The position numbers and the translations under genes are program-made. The notes under the pieces are model-generated. The model made no database searches and was not told the origin of the DNA. It saw only the letters and a program-made list of their open reading frames with translations. This document shows, piece after piece, positions 28,807 through 41,600 of a stretch of 64,000 nt of DNA; position 1 is the first letter of the stretch; the number at the start of each line of letters is the position of its first letter. Source of the stretch: Eledone cirrhosa (taxonomy: Eukaryota); assembly GCA_964016885.1 (NCBI GenBank), contig OZ024764.1, forward strand, positions 8,494,001-8,558,000, written 5' to 3'.

Positions 28807-31800
28807 TATATATATACATATATATATATTCATATATCCGTCTAACCCATGATGCATCTGATGATGATGATGACATACACACACATGTGTATATATATAT
28901 ATATCATCATCATCATCTTCGTTTAATGTCCATCTTCCACGCTAGCATGGGTTAGATGGATATATGAATATATATATGTATATATATATGTGTGAGTGTG
29001 TATATGTATATATATGTATACACAGATGACCTACATATGTATACATTCACACACATATATATGTGTATATATATATTGTGTTATATATCCATATATATAT
29101 ATATATTTTTCATGTCGTTAATATTATGATGTTCCCTGCTGTATTAGCGTTAAATTTTCCCTGCTGTATTAGCGATAAATTTTCGAGGGTTTCTCTTAGT
29201 AGCTTTTTCATGTCGTTAATATTATGATGTTCCCTGCTGTATTAGCGTTAAATTTCCCCTGCTGTATTAGCGATAAATTTTCGAGGGTTTCTCTTAGTAG
29301 CTTTTTTCATGACGTTATTATTGTTAATTTTACTGATGTAGTATTAACTTGGATATTTACCATGCGACCCTCAGTTCCTACCTCACAATTTCCCTCCCCC
29401 CCACCCCCACACACCACCATAGTCTATTCGACCAATCAAACCTAGCATGCCATTTCCACTGCTGCTGCTGCTACTACCTGCCTAACTAACTCTCTCCTCC
29501 TCTGGCGCATCCCAACACACCCTGCCATTACCCCACCACCACTGTCCTTCTAGCCCTCAATTTTCCCACCGTTAGGGATGGATGAGCTGGGAATACACGA
29601 GCAACTCTGAATCAATAGATGAAATATGAATCTGCGAGCTACCAAGCACCCACGTGAAGCGCCAACCCAGAGACCCTCCCCTACGAGTGTCGACAAATGC
29701 CCAAAACTCCGAGTTGGTACCATCAATGTAGGCTCAATGAAAGGAAGAGCAGGAGAAATCGTAGAAATGCTAGAGCGAAAGGAAGTTGATGTATGCTGTG
29801 TGCAAGAGACTAGATGGAGAGGAGGGTCTGCTAGAGTCCTTGTAGGAAAAAGCCAGTGCTACAAATTTTTCTGGGTGGGAAATGACGATGGGATGGGTGG
29901 TGTAGGTATACTATTAGCTGACAAGTGGGTAGATAAAGTAATCTCAGTGTACAGGGTAAATGCAAGAATCATTAAACTCAGACTAGTCCTGAATAAGACA
30001 ATTACCACAATAATATCAGCTTACGCACCCCAATCGGGGCTGCCAGACGAACTTAAGGATAGGTTTTACGAGTCCCTAATACACACTACTGCTCTAACAG
30101 ACGACAAGGACTTCCTAATCATTGCAGGAGATTTTAACGGACACGTAGGTAAACACTGCGACGGCTTCAATAGAGTACATGGAGGCCATGGAGTTGGCAC
30201 AAGGAATGAGGAAGGATTCAGACTTCTAGAATTCTGCGACGCCAATGACATGTCGATATGTAACACAAACTTTAAAAAACCCGACAACCACCTGATCACC
30301 TATAGATCAGGGGAGCACTCTAGTCAGTTAGATTTTATCCTCATCAGAGGACGTGACAGATGGACGGTCGTAAACACAAAAGCCTTCCCTAGTGAGGAAT
30401 GTACATCCCAACATAGCTTAGTTGTCAGCGACCTCACGGTCAGAACTAGACGAGCCCTGAAACAGAGGCCAACCTGGAGAAGAAAGATCTGGAAGCTGAA
30501 AGTCCCCTCAACCAGTAACAGATTTAAAGATATTTTACTCAACGCCTACGACAGTAAAGAAGAACAGATAGAGACATTTAACGTAGAAGAGAACTGGGAG
30601 TTCCTAAAAAATAACTTACTAGAGGCGACGGATGAGGTTTGTGGCTGGAGTAAGACCTCAAGCAGGAGGAGAGTGACTTGGTGGTGGAACAATAAGGTAG
30701 ATGAAGCAGTCAAGGCCAAGAGACAGGCATGGAAAGAATGGAAGAACGGGGGGAGCAGGGTACATTACATAGAGACCAAGAGGGAAGCTAGGCGACAAGT
30801 ATACTTAGCTAGGAGGGAAGCAGAGGATAGAAAATTCAAGCATGTTTTACAACGTGAGGACCAGAAACAGGAGGTATTCAAGATTGCGAGGCAGTGTGTC
30901 AGAGATAGTTGTGATGTCATTGGAGAGAAGTGTATCCGGAATGATAAAGGTGAGCTTGCCCTCACAAGTGCTGAGAAGAAAGATGCATGGAAGAGTCATT
31001 ATGATAGATTACTAAATGAGGAGAATGCATGGGAAGAAGAGACCCTACCCCACGTAGACCCTATAGAGGGACCAGCAGTACAAGTCAGCGGCAGCGTAGT
31101 AAGTAAGGCAATCAGAGATATGAAGATAGGGAAGGCAACCGGTCCATCGGGTATAGCTGCCGAGATGCTGAAGGCATCTGGGTCTGTAGGTCACACTATA
31201 ACCACACGTATCGTTAACCAGGTAATACTAGAGGGGGCCATACCAAAAGATTGGTGCAGTAGCATCATTGTCAACTGCTACAAAGGTAAAGGCGATGCAC
31301 TAGATAGAGGAAACTATAGAGGTATAAAGTTGATGGACCAGGTCATGAAAGTAACAGAAAGAGTTATAGCACAGCTGATTAGGGACCGGGTGAATATAGA
31401 CGAGATGCAATTTGGGTTTGTTCCAGGGAAAGGCACCACTGATGCGCTCTTCCTTGTGAGGCAATTACAGGAAAAGTACCTAGCTAAAAGTAAGCCACTC
31501 TACTTGGCATTTGTCGACCTTGAGAAAGCCTTTGACAGAGTTCCACGTGCAGTAATCTGGTGGGCTCTTAGAAAACTAGGAGTAGATGAATGGCTTGTGA
31601 AAGCGGTACAAGCCATGTATAGGGGAGCAGTCAGCAAAGTTAGGATTGGCAATGAGTATAGCGAGGAATTTAGCGTACAGGTTGGGGTCCACCAGGGCTC
31701 TGTTCTTAGCCCTCTCCTGTTCATCATAGTCCTGCAGGCAATAACGGAGGAGTTTAAGACCGGATGCCCATGGGAACTCCTGTATGCTGATGACCTCGCA

Positions 31801-34800
31801 CTCATAGCTGAATCTATGGTAGAACTAGAGAATAAATTCCAAACCTGGAAGCAGGGACTAGAGAGAAAGGGCCTCAAAGTCAACATGACAAAGACTAAGG
31901 TCCTTATAAGTAGACGAGAAAACAGAACCCAGATCCCCTCAGGGAAATGGCCTTGCTCAGTATGTAGGAAAGGTGTAGGTAGGAACTCCATTCTTTGCCC
32001 CAAATGCAAACAATGGGTACACAAGAGATGTAGCGGGATCTCAGGAAGCTTAATTAAGAATGTAGGATTCACATGCAGCAGCTGTGCTGAAACAGCAAGC
32101 AAACAGCCACAGGAAACAAGTACCACCAATCTCTGGGAGGGCCCTGTAGAAACAGTAGACAGCTTCTGCTACCTAGGTGACCGAATTAGCAACGGAGGTG
32201 GGTGCTCAGAAAGTACAATAACTAGGGTAAGAACGGGATGGAAGAAGTTTAGGGAACTACTACCACTGCTAGCTGCAAAAGGCTTCTCCCTCAGAATGAA
32301 AGGCAGACTGTATGATGCGTGTATCCGAACAGCGATGTTGCATGGTAGTGAGACCTGGGCGCTGAAGGTGGAAGACTTACGTAGATTAGAGAGAAACGAA
32401 GCCTGCATGCTCCGATGGATGTGTAACAGTAATATACGTGAACGACAAAGCATAAATGAATTGAGAGAGAGACTGAGCATAAGAGGAATCAAATGCTGCG
32501 TGCAGGAGAGGCGGTTACGCTGGTATGGACATGTGATGCGTATGAAGGATGACAGCTGCATAAAAAGGTGCAGAGCACTAGAAGTTGATGGAAACCGCGG
32601 AGTGGGGAGACCCAAGATGACTTGGGATGAGGTGATAAAAGCCGACCTTACCCAACTACACCTCTCAAAGTCAATGACACACGACCGTGACTTCTGGCGT
32701 CACGCAGTAATACAGGGTACCCGACCTCCCATGGGTACATGCTGAAGCATATAAACAATATGCCCCCCCCCCCCCCACCGCAAGGTGGTCGTGGAGGTGC
32801 CACGGCAAAAAAGCACCCAGCCCACACTGTAAAGTGGACGTGTAGGCGCCACGAAAAAGCACCCAGCACTCACTGTAAATGAGGTTGGTGTTAGGAAGGG
32901 CATCCAGCTGTAGAAATCAAGCCAGATCAGTTCCTGTATGAGCAAGGCATGGTCAGCCGACCAGACACTGCCCACAACAGGACAACCCGTCTAACCCATG
33001 CTAGCGTGGAAGAACGGACGTAAAACGGTGATGATGATGATGATGATATTGTGTTATATATACATATATATATATTGTATTATATATATATATGTATATA
33101 TATTGTGTTATATATATATATATATATGTATATATATTGTGTTATATATATATATGTATATATATTGTGTTATATATAGCGAGTTAGAAACTCAGAGTAG
33201 TCTTTTACAATTAAATAGCTCTAAGAAAAAAGCTTTTCCGAGCCGTGTAATATAAATGAATAAACAAGAGAGATGAACACTAATATAAACATACATGTGT
33301 TTGAATTGTAAGGACTAGGTAAGCTAGGGTGAAAATATACTAACTACAGCAATATGGTTTGTCAGACTTAATTTTAAGTAGTAAATTAAGAAAAATAACA
33401 GACCTATATCAAGCAAATAGCCTGGTAACAACTAGACAGTTTTGAAAACTGTTTTGCAACATCTTATTAAGTGAAGTCCACACCTTTCTCTGCTCCTCAG
33501 TAGTTGTTAAGAAATTAGCGATCCTTTCACTTCTAAAAATATTAGAAGACTGAATATTTTTAGAAGTGGAAGTATCGCTAATTTCTTAACAACTACTGAG
33601 GAGCAGAGAAAGGTGTGGACTTCACTTAACAAGATGTTGCAAAACAGTTTTCAAAACTGTCTAGTTGTTACCAGGCTATTTGCCCGATATAGGTCTGTTA
33701 TTTTTCTTGATTTACTACTTAAAATTAAGTCTGACAAACCATATTGCTGTAGTTAGTATATTTTTACCCTAGCTTACCTAGTCCTTACGATTCAAACACA
33801 TGTATGTTTATATTAGTGTTCATCTCTCTTGTTTATTGTGTTATATATATATATGTCCCGTGGGAGCCCCTACATGGACACACTAGAAGAGGAAGACCAA
33901 GGTTAACGTATGTTGATGCCCTAAGGACAGAGACTGGTCTGTTGGAGATGCAGGACATGGCAGCGATAATGAGGGACAGAGACCGCTGGAGAGAACTCGT
34001 CCATGGATCTCGGGAATTTTACCCGCCTTAGATAGATAGATATATATATGTGTATATATATATATCTGGTTTCAGATAAATATAAAAAATTTCCATAATC
34101 AGGCATAAACTTACCTTGGTGTCTTTCAAGGGAACTGGATCAAAAGAAAGAACAATTCGGATCTTTAATCCAAGGGCCCGCAGTGTGGCAGCAACAATCT
34201 GTAAGAGAGTGTCGGGGTGGATTAGATACCTTCATGTGTTGAAAGTGGAAATTAATACAAGCGGCCGAAATGGGGTTCCTCTGAATGGTCTTTTGAGTAA
34301 CATTACTTGATAAAGTGCGTAGCTTGGAGAGTATCTCCAGGTAGAGCTGCTACTTCTCTGAACTGAGAGATCACAGCTCTGATACTACAGACGTGGTTAG
34401 AATGTCTCAGGAAAGAATTTCTGAATTGAGAGATCACAGCTCTGATACTACAGACATGTGGTTAGAATGTCACAGGAAAGAATCTCTGAATTGAGAGATC
34501 ACAGCTCTGATACTACAGACATGTGGTTAGAACATCTCAGGAAAGAATCTCTGAATTGAGAGATCACAGCTCTGATACTACAGACATGTGGTTAGAATGT
34601 CACAGGAAAGAATCTCTGAATTGAGAGATCACAGCTCCGATACTACAGACATGTGGTTAGAATGTCTCAGGAAAGAATCTCTGAATTGAGAGATCACAGC
34701 TCTGATACTACAGACATGTGGTTAGAATGTCACAGGAAAGAATCTCTGAATTGAGAGATCACAGCTCTGATACTACAGACATGTGGTTAGAATGTCACAG

Positions 34801-35633
34801 GAAAGAATCTCTGGATTGAGAGATCACAGCTCCGATACTACAGACATGTGGTTAGAATGTCCCAGGAAGGAATCTCTGGATTGAGAGATCACAGCTCTGA
34901 TACTACAGACATGTGGTTAGAATGTCTCAGGAAGGAATCTCTGGATTGAGAGATCACAGCTCTGATACTACAGACATGTGGTTAGAATGTCTCAGGAAAG
35001 AATCTCTGAATTGAGAGATCACAGCTCTGATACTACAGACATGTGGTTAGAATGTCTCAGGAAAGAATCTATGAATTGAGAGATCACAGCTCTGATACTA
35101 CAGACATGTGGTTAGAATGTCTGAGGAAAGAATCTCTGAATTGAGAGATCACAGCTCTGATACTACAGACATGTGGTTAGAATGTCTCAGGTAAGAATCT
35201 CTGGATTGAGAGATCACAGCTCTGGTCTACAGACATGTGGTTAGAATGTCTGAGGAAAGAATCTCTGGACAGATTTTACGGGCGTAAGCAACTGGTAGGA
35301 GATCCAGGGGTAGAGCCCAAGCAAGATGGTTGGATAACATCCATGAGCTTGGCTGATAACGCCAAGTCTTTACTCTAATATTGAATAAACGAATAAAAGA
35401 TGGGTTTGTTATTGCTACAATATCTTTGATCATAGGTCTGCTGGATCAGGACTGACCTAGGGCTAAACAACAACAACAACAATGAAGGACACATTAGATA
35501 ATGTAGTCCTAGATACACTGAATATAAGACAGGATGGTCACAGCTGGAACATCTTTGATCATAGGTCTGCTGGATCATGACTGACCTGGGGCTAAACGGC
35601 AACAACAAGGAGGCAGAGAAGGAGAGAAGGCTG

Positions 35634-35664
<31 letters not shown>

Positions 35665-38600
35665 AGGCAGAAAGAAAAGAGAGAAGAAGATGATGAGACA
35701 GAACTTACCAACACCAGTTCTTTGGCACTGCTTGCTCTGAGGAGAGAGAATGCCTCCATCACTGATTCACAACAAAACTGGAAGGAAGAAGAAAAAAAAA
35801 GTTCATCTTTTCAATATCAACTGAACCAGAACCAGCTCTGGTTCTATGAAATAAAACAACCATTTGAACTACAGAGATCTTATTTAGATTAAAATCTTCC
35901 AACATAATTTTATATAAGAACCTTATGTTTAAGGTACTATCTTAGTAATGAAATAATTAATAATTTTAGTAAATCTTTCAAAATTCTTCATTTAACTTTT
36001 TTGATATAAACCCAACTAAAACAGGCTCTGGTTCTATGAAACAAAACCAACCTTTGAAATATTGCTCCTGATTAAATTTAAGTCTGCCAAAATACTTTTA
36101 TATAAGAACGTATTTGTGTCACGACAAAAGGCACCCAGTCCACACTGTAAAATGGTTATGTAGGTGTCACAACAAAAAGCACCCAGTTCACACTGTAAAG
36201 TGATCATGTAGGTGTCACAACAAAAATCACCCAGTCCACACTATGTAGGTGTCACAACAAAAAGCACCCAGTTCACACTGTAAAGTGATCATGTAGGTGT
36301 CACAACAAAAATCACCCAGTCCACACTGTAAAGTGGTTATGTAGGTGTCACAACAAAAAGCACCCAGTCCACACTGTAAAGTGGTTATGTAGGTGTCACA
36401 ACAAAAAGCACCCAGTCCACACTGTAAAGTGGTTATGTAGGTGTCACAACAAAAAGCACCCAGTCCACACTGTAAAGTGGTTATGTAGGTGTCACAACAA
36501 AAAGTACCCAGCCCACACTGTAAAGTGGTTATGTAGGTGTCACAACAAAAAGCACCCAGTCCACACTGTAAAGTGGTTATGTAGGTGTCACAACAAAAAG
36601 CACCCAGTCCACACTGTAAAGTGGTTATGTAGGTGTCACAACAAAAAGTACCCAGTCCACACTGTAAAGTGGTCATGTAGGTGTCACAACAAAAAGTACC
36701 CAGTCCACACTGTAAAGTGGTCATGTAGGTGTCACAACAAAAAGTACCCAGTCCACACTGTAAAGTGGTTATGTAGGTGTCACGACAAAATGTACCCAGT
36801 CCACACTGTAAAGTGGTTATGTAGGTGTCACGACAAAAAACACCCACCCCACACTGTAAAGTGGTCATGTAGGTGTCACAACAAAAAGCACCCACCCCAC
36901 ACTGTAAAGTGCCATAACTCTATGCTGCAAAGCATGATGTCTGACTCTCTACCAATACTGCCAAAAAAACCCCAAAAATGCACAACATACATTAGCATCA
37001 TGTGGACTTCCTTCAGACTGTATTGCAACAGTGTTTGACAATTGGGTTACAACAGCCTTGATAGAAGATAACGTGGGTTTGTCTCTTGGTGTAGACGTCA
37101 GCAGAGATAGACCTAGGGCTTGAACAGTAGGGTCATTGCAGATCTTATTCAGATGCATACCATGACAGATGCAGCAGAGAAGGTGCACCTGAAATTAGAA
37201 AAACAAAAAACAATTAATATGTAAGAACCTTTGTTAAGTTATGTTCCAAACACCAACAGTGTCTTTCATTAGAAATATGGAAATGAAAGGGTTAAAGTGT
37301 TTATATTTATCTAAAAACCTTCCATCATAATTTTATGTAAGAACCTTTGTTAAGTTATGTTCCAAACAACAACAGTGTCTTTCATTAGAAATATGGAAAT
37401 GAAAGAGTTAAAGTGTTTATATTTATCTAAAAACCTTCCAACATAATATTATTTAAGAACCTTTGTTAAGTTATGTTCCAAACACTAACAGTGTCTTTCA
37501 TTAGAAATATGGAAATGAAAGGGTTAAAGTGTTTATATTTATCTAAAAACCTTCCATCATAATATTATTTAAGAACCTTTGTTAAGTTATGTTCCAAACA
37601 CTAACAGTGTCTTTCATTAGAAATATGGAAATGAAAGGGTTAAAGTGTTTATATTTATCTAAAAACCTTCCATCATAATATTATTTAAGAACCTTTGTTA
37701 AGTTATGTTCCAAACACTAACAGTGTCTTTCATTAGAAATATGGAAATGAAAGGGTTAAAGTGTTTATATTTATCTAAAAACCTTCCATCATAATTTTAT
37801 GTAAGAACCTTTGTTAAGTTATGTTCCAAACAACAACAGTGTCTTTCATTAGAAATATGGAAATGAAAGAGTTAAAGTGTTTATATTTATCTAAAAACCT
37901 TCCAACATAATATTATTTAAGAACCTTTGTTAAGTTATGTTCCAAACACTAACAGTGTCTTTCATTAGAAATATGGTAATGAAAGGGTTAAAGTGTTTAT
38001 ATTTATCTAAAAACCTTCCATCATAATATTATTTAAGAACCTTTGTTAAGTTATGTTCCAAACACCAACAGTGTCTTTCATTAGAAATATGGAAATGAAA
38101 AGGTTAAAGTGTTTATATTTATCTAAAAACCTTCCATCATAATTTTATGTAAGAACCTTTGTTAAGTTATGTTCCAAACACCAACAGTGTCTTTCATTAG
38201 AAATATGGTAATGAAAGGGTTAAAGTGTTTATATTTATCTAAAAACCTTCCATCATAATTTTATGTAAGAACCTTTGTTAAGTTATGTTCCAAACACCAA
38301 CAGTGTCTTACATTAGAAATATGGAAATGAAAGGGTTAAAATGCAGTAAAAGTACATCAAGGGGTTACCTTGTGTGTTTGAATCCTGAGGTTACGCTGGA
38401 AATTATTGAAGATCCTTTTCAAGAACGCATACCATTCTGCTGCACCAGATTTCTTCCTGAGGACAATAGATATATATATATACATATATACAGAAAAACC
38501 TGGGACGACATGATAAAATCTGACCTTGCACACTTTACACCTCTCTAAGACTGTCACTGGATCGAGACCTTTGGTGCCATGCAGTAATACAGAAAACCCG

Positions 38601-41600
38601 CCTTCTCTTACATACAAAGTTAAACCTAGTCAGTAGGCACTTCTTAACCCAATATACACCCCAACCCACTACCCTTACTCCATCCTCCCACTTTGACCCA
38701 CACCACCCTTTCTCTGTAAAGTTATGTTGGTACCACAGAACATCCAGTCCACACTAAAGAGGTTGTGTAGGAGACACGGTAAAAATGCTCCCAGTTCAAA
38801 CTGTAAAGTGGTCATGTAGGAGACACAGTAAAAAGGCTCCCAGTCCACACTGTAAAGTGGTCATGTAGGAGACACAGTAAAAAGGCTCCCAGTCCAACTG
38901 TAAAGTGGTCGTGTAGGAGACACAGTAAAAAGGCTCCCAGTCCACACTGTAAAGTGGTCATGTAGGAGACATGGTAAAAAGGCTCCCAGTCCACACTGTA
39001 AGGTGGTCATGGAGGAGAGACAGTAAAAAGGCTCCCAGTCCACACTGTAAAGTGGTCATGTAGGAGACACAGTAAAAAGGCTCCCAGTCCACACTGTAAA
39101 GTGGTCATGTAGGAGACACAGTAAAAAGGCTCCCAGTCCACACTGTAAAGTGGTCATGTAGGAGACACAGTAAAAAGGCTCCCAGTCCACACTGTAAGGT
39201 GGTCATGTAGGAGACACAGTAAAAAGGCTCCCAGTCCACACTGTAAGGTGGTCATGTAGGAGACATGGTAAAAAGGCTCCCAGTCCACACTGTAAAGTGG
39301 TCATGAAGGAGACACAGTAAAAAGGCTCCCAGTCCACTGTAAGGTGGTCATGTAGGAGACACAGTAAAAAGGCTCCCAGTCCACACTGTAAAGTGGTCAT
39401 GTGGGAGACATGGTAAAAAGGCTCCCAGTCCACACTGTAAAGTGGTCATGTAGGAGACACAGTAAAAAGGCTCCCAGTCCACACTGTAAAGTGGTCATGT
39501 GGGAGACATGGTAAAAAGGCTCCCAGTCCACACTGTAAAGTGGTCATGTAGGAGACACAGTGAAAAGGCTCCCAGTCCACACTGTAAGGTGGTCATGTAG
39601 GAGACATGGTAAAAAGGCTCCCAGTCCACACTGTAAAGTGGTCATGTAGGAGACACAGTAAAAAGGCTCCCAGTCCACACTGTAAAGTGGTCGTGTAGGA
39701 GACACAGTAAAAAGGCTCCCAGTCCACACTGTAAAGTGGTCATGTAGGAGACACGGTAAAAAGGCTCCCAGTCCACACTGTAAAGTGGTCGTGTAGGAGA
39801 CACAGTAAAAAGGCTCCCAGTCCACACTGTAAAGTGGTCATGTAGGAGACACGGTAAAAAGGCTCCCAGTCCACACTGTAAAGTGGTCGTGTAGGAGACA
39901 CAGTAAAAAGGCTCCCAATCCACACTGTAAGGTGGTCATGTAGGAGACACAGTAAAAAGGCTCCCAGTCCACACTGTAAAGTGGTCATGTAGGAGACACG
40001 GTAAAAAGGCTCCCAGTCCACACTGTAAAGTGGTCGTGTAGGAGACACAGTAAAAAGGCTCCCAGTCCACACTGTAAAGTGGTCATGTAGGAGACACGGT
40101 AAAAAGGCTCCCAGTCCACACTGTAAAGTGGTCATGTAGGAGACACAGTAAAAAGGCTCCCAGTCCACACTGTAAAGTGGTCATGTAGGAGACACAGTGA
40201 AAAGGCTCCCAGTCCACACTGTAAAGTGGTAGTGTAGGAGACATGGTAAAAAGGCTCCCAGTCCACACTGTAAGGTGGTCATGTAGGAGACACAGTAAAA
40301 AGGCTCCCAGTCCACACTGTAAAGTGGTCATGTAGGAGACACAGTAAAAAGGCTCCCAGTCCACACTGTAAAGTGGTCATGTAGGAGACACAGTAAAAAG
40401 GCTCCCAGTCCACACTGTAAAGTGGTCATGTAGGAGACACAGTAAAAAGGCTCCCAGTCCACACTGTAAAGTGGTAGTGTAGGAGACATGGTAAAAAGGC
40501 TCCCAGTCCACACTGTAAGGTGGTCATGTAGGAGACACAGTAAAAAGGCTCCCAGTCCACACTGTAAAGTGGTCATGTAGGAGACACAGTAAAAAGGCTC
40601 CCAGTCCACACTGTAAAGTGGTCATGTAGGAGACACAGTAAAAAGGCTCCCAGTCCACACTGTAAAGTGGTCATGTAGGAGACACAGTAAAAAGGCTCCC
40701 AGTCCACACTGTAAAGTGGTCATGTGGGAGACACAGTAAAAAGGCTCCCAGTCCACACTGTAAAGTGGTTGTGTAGGGGACACAGTAAAAAGGCTCCCAG
40801 TCCACACTGTAAAGTGGTCATGTAGGAGACACAGTAAAAAGGCTCCCAGTCCACACTGTAAAGTGGTCATGTAGGAGACACAGTAAAAAGGCTCCCAGTC
40901 CACACTGTAAAGTGGTCATGTAGGAGACACAGTAAAAAGGCTCCCAGTCCACACTGTAAAGTGGTCGTGTAGGGGACACAGTAAAAAGGCTCCCAGTCCA
41001 CACTGTAAAGTGGTCATGTAGGAGACACGGTAAAAAGGCTCCCAAAACGAGCTCAGTCATGGAATGAACTAAACTCGTACTATGAAGTATGACTGTATAT
41101 ACAAGGGTAATCCCAAAAGTAAGGTCTCCAAAGCGATGGGGACGCAGAGAAACTGTTTGTACGGCTGTTGGCAACACTGCTGTGATTGGTGCTTCCTTCA
41201 CTCCCAAACAAACATGCGCGCGCTTCACTGGGATGCTCAATCTTGCCTAGGCAGCCGTTGAATGCTACCGCCAAGTGCAAATTTTGCGCAGTTATTATAT
41301 AGAGGGCAATCCCAAAAGTAAGGTCTCCTTCCGAGGAAAACATGCGTAAAGATCGGTGGATCACTCTGGATGCTCTCTGCATTTTGGTTCCTAAGGTTTC
41401 CCGAAGCACCATCCACAGGATCTTAACGGAAAAGTTGCAATATCGGAAGGAGACCTTACTTTAGGGATTGCCCTCGTATAAACCAAACACATATAGCCAT
41501 ACACAAACACACAGACATATAGACACATACATATACACACAGACATATACAGACACATACATTTACACACGGACATACACACGCAGTCATACAATAAACC

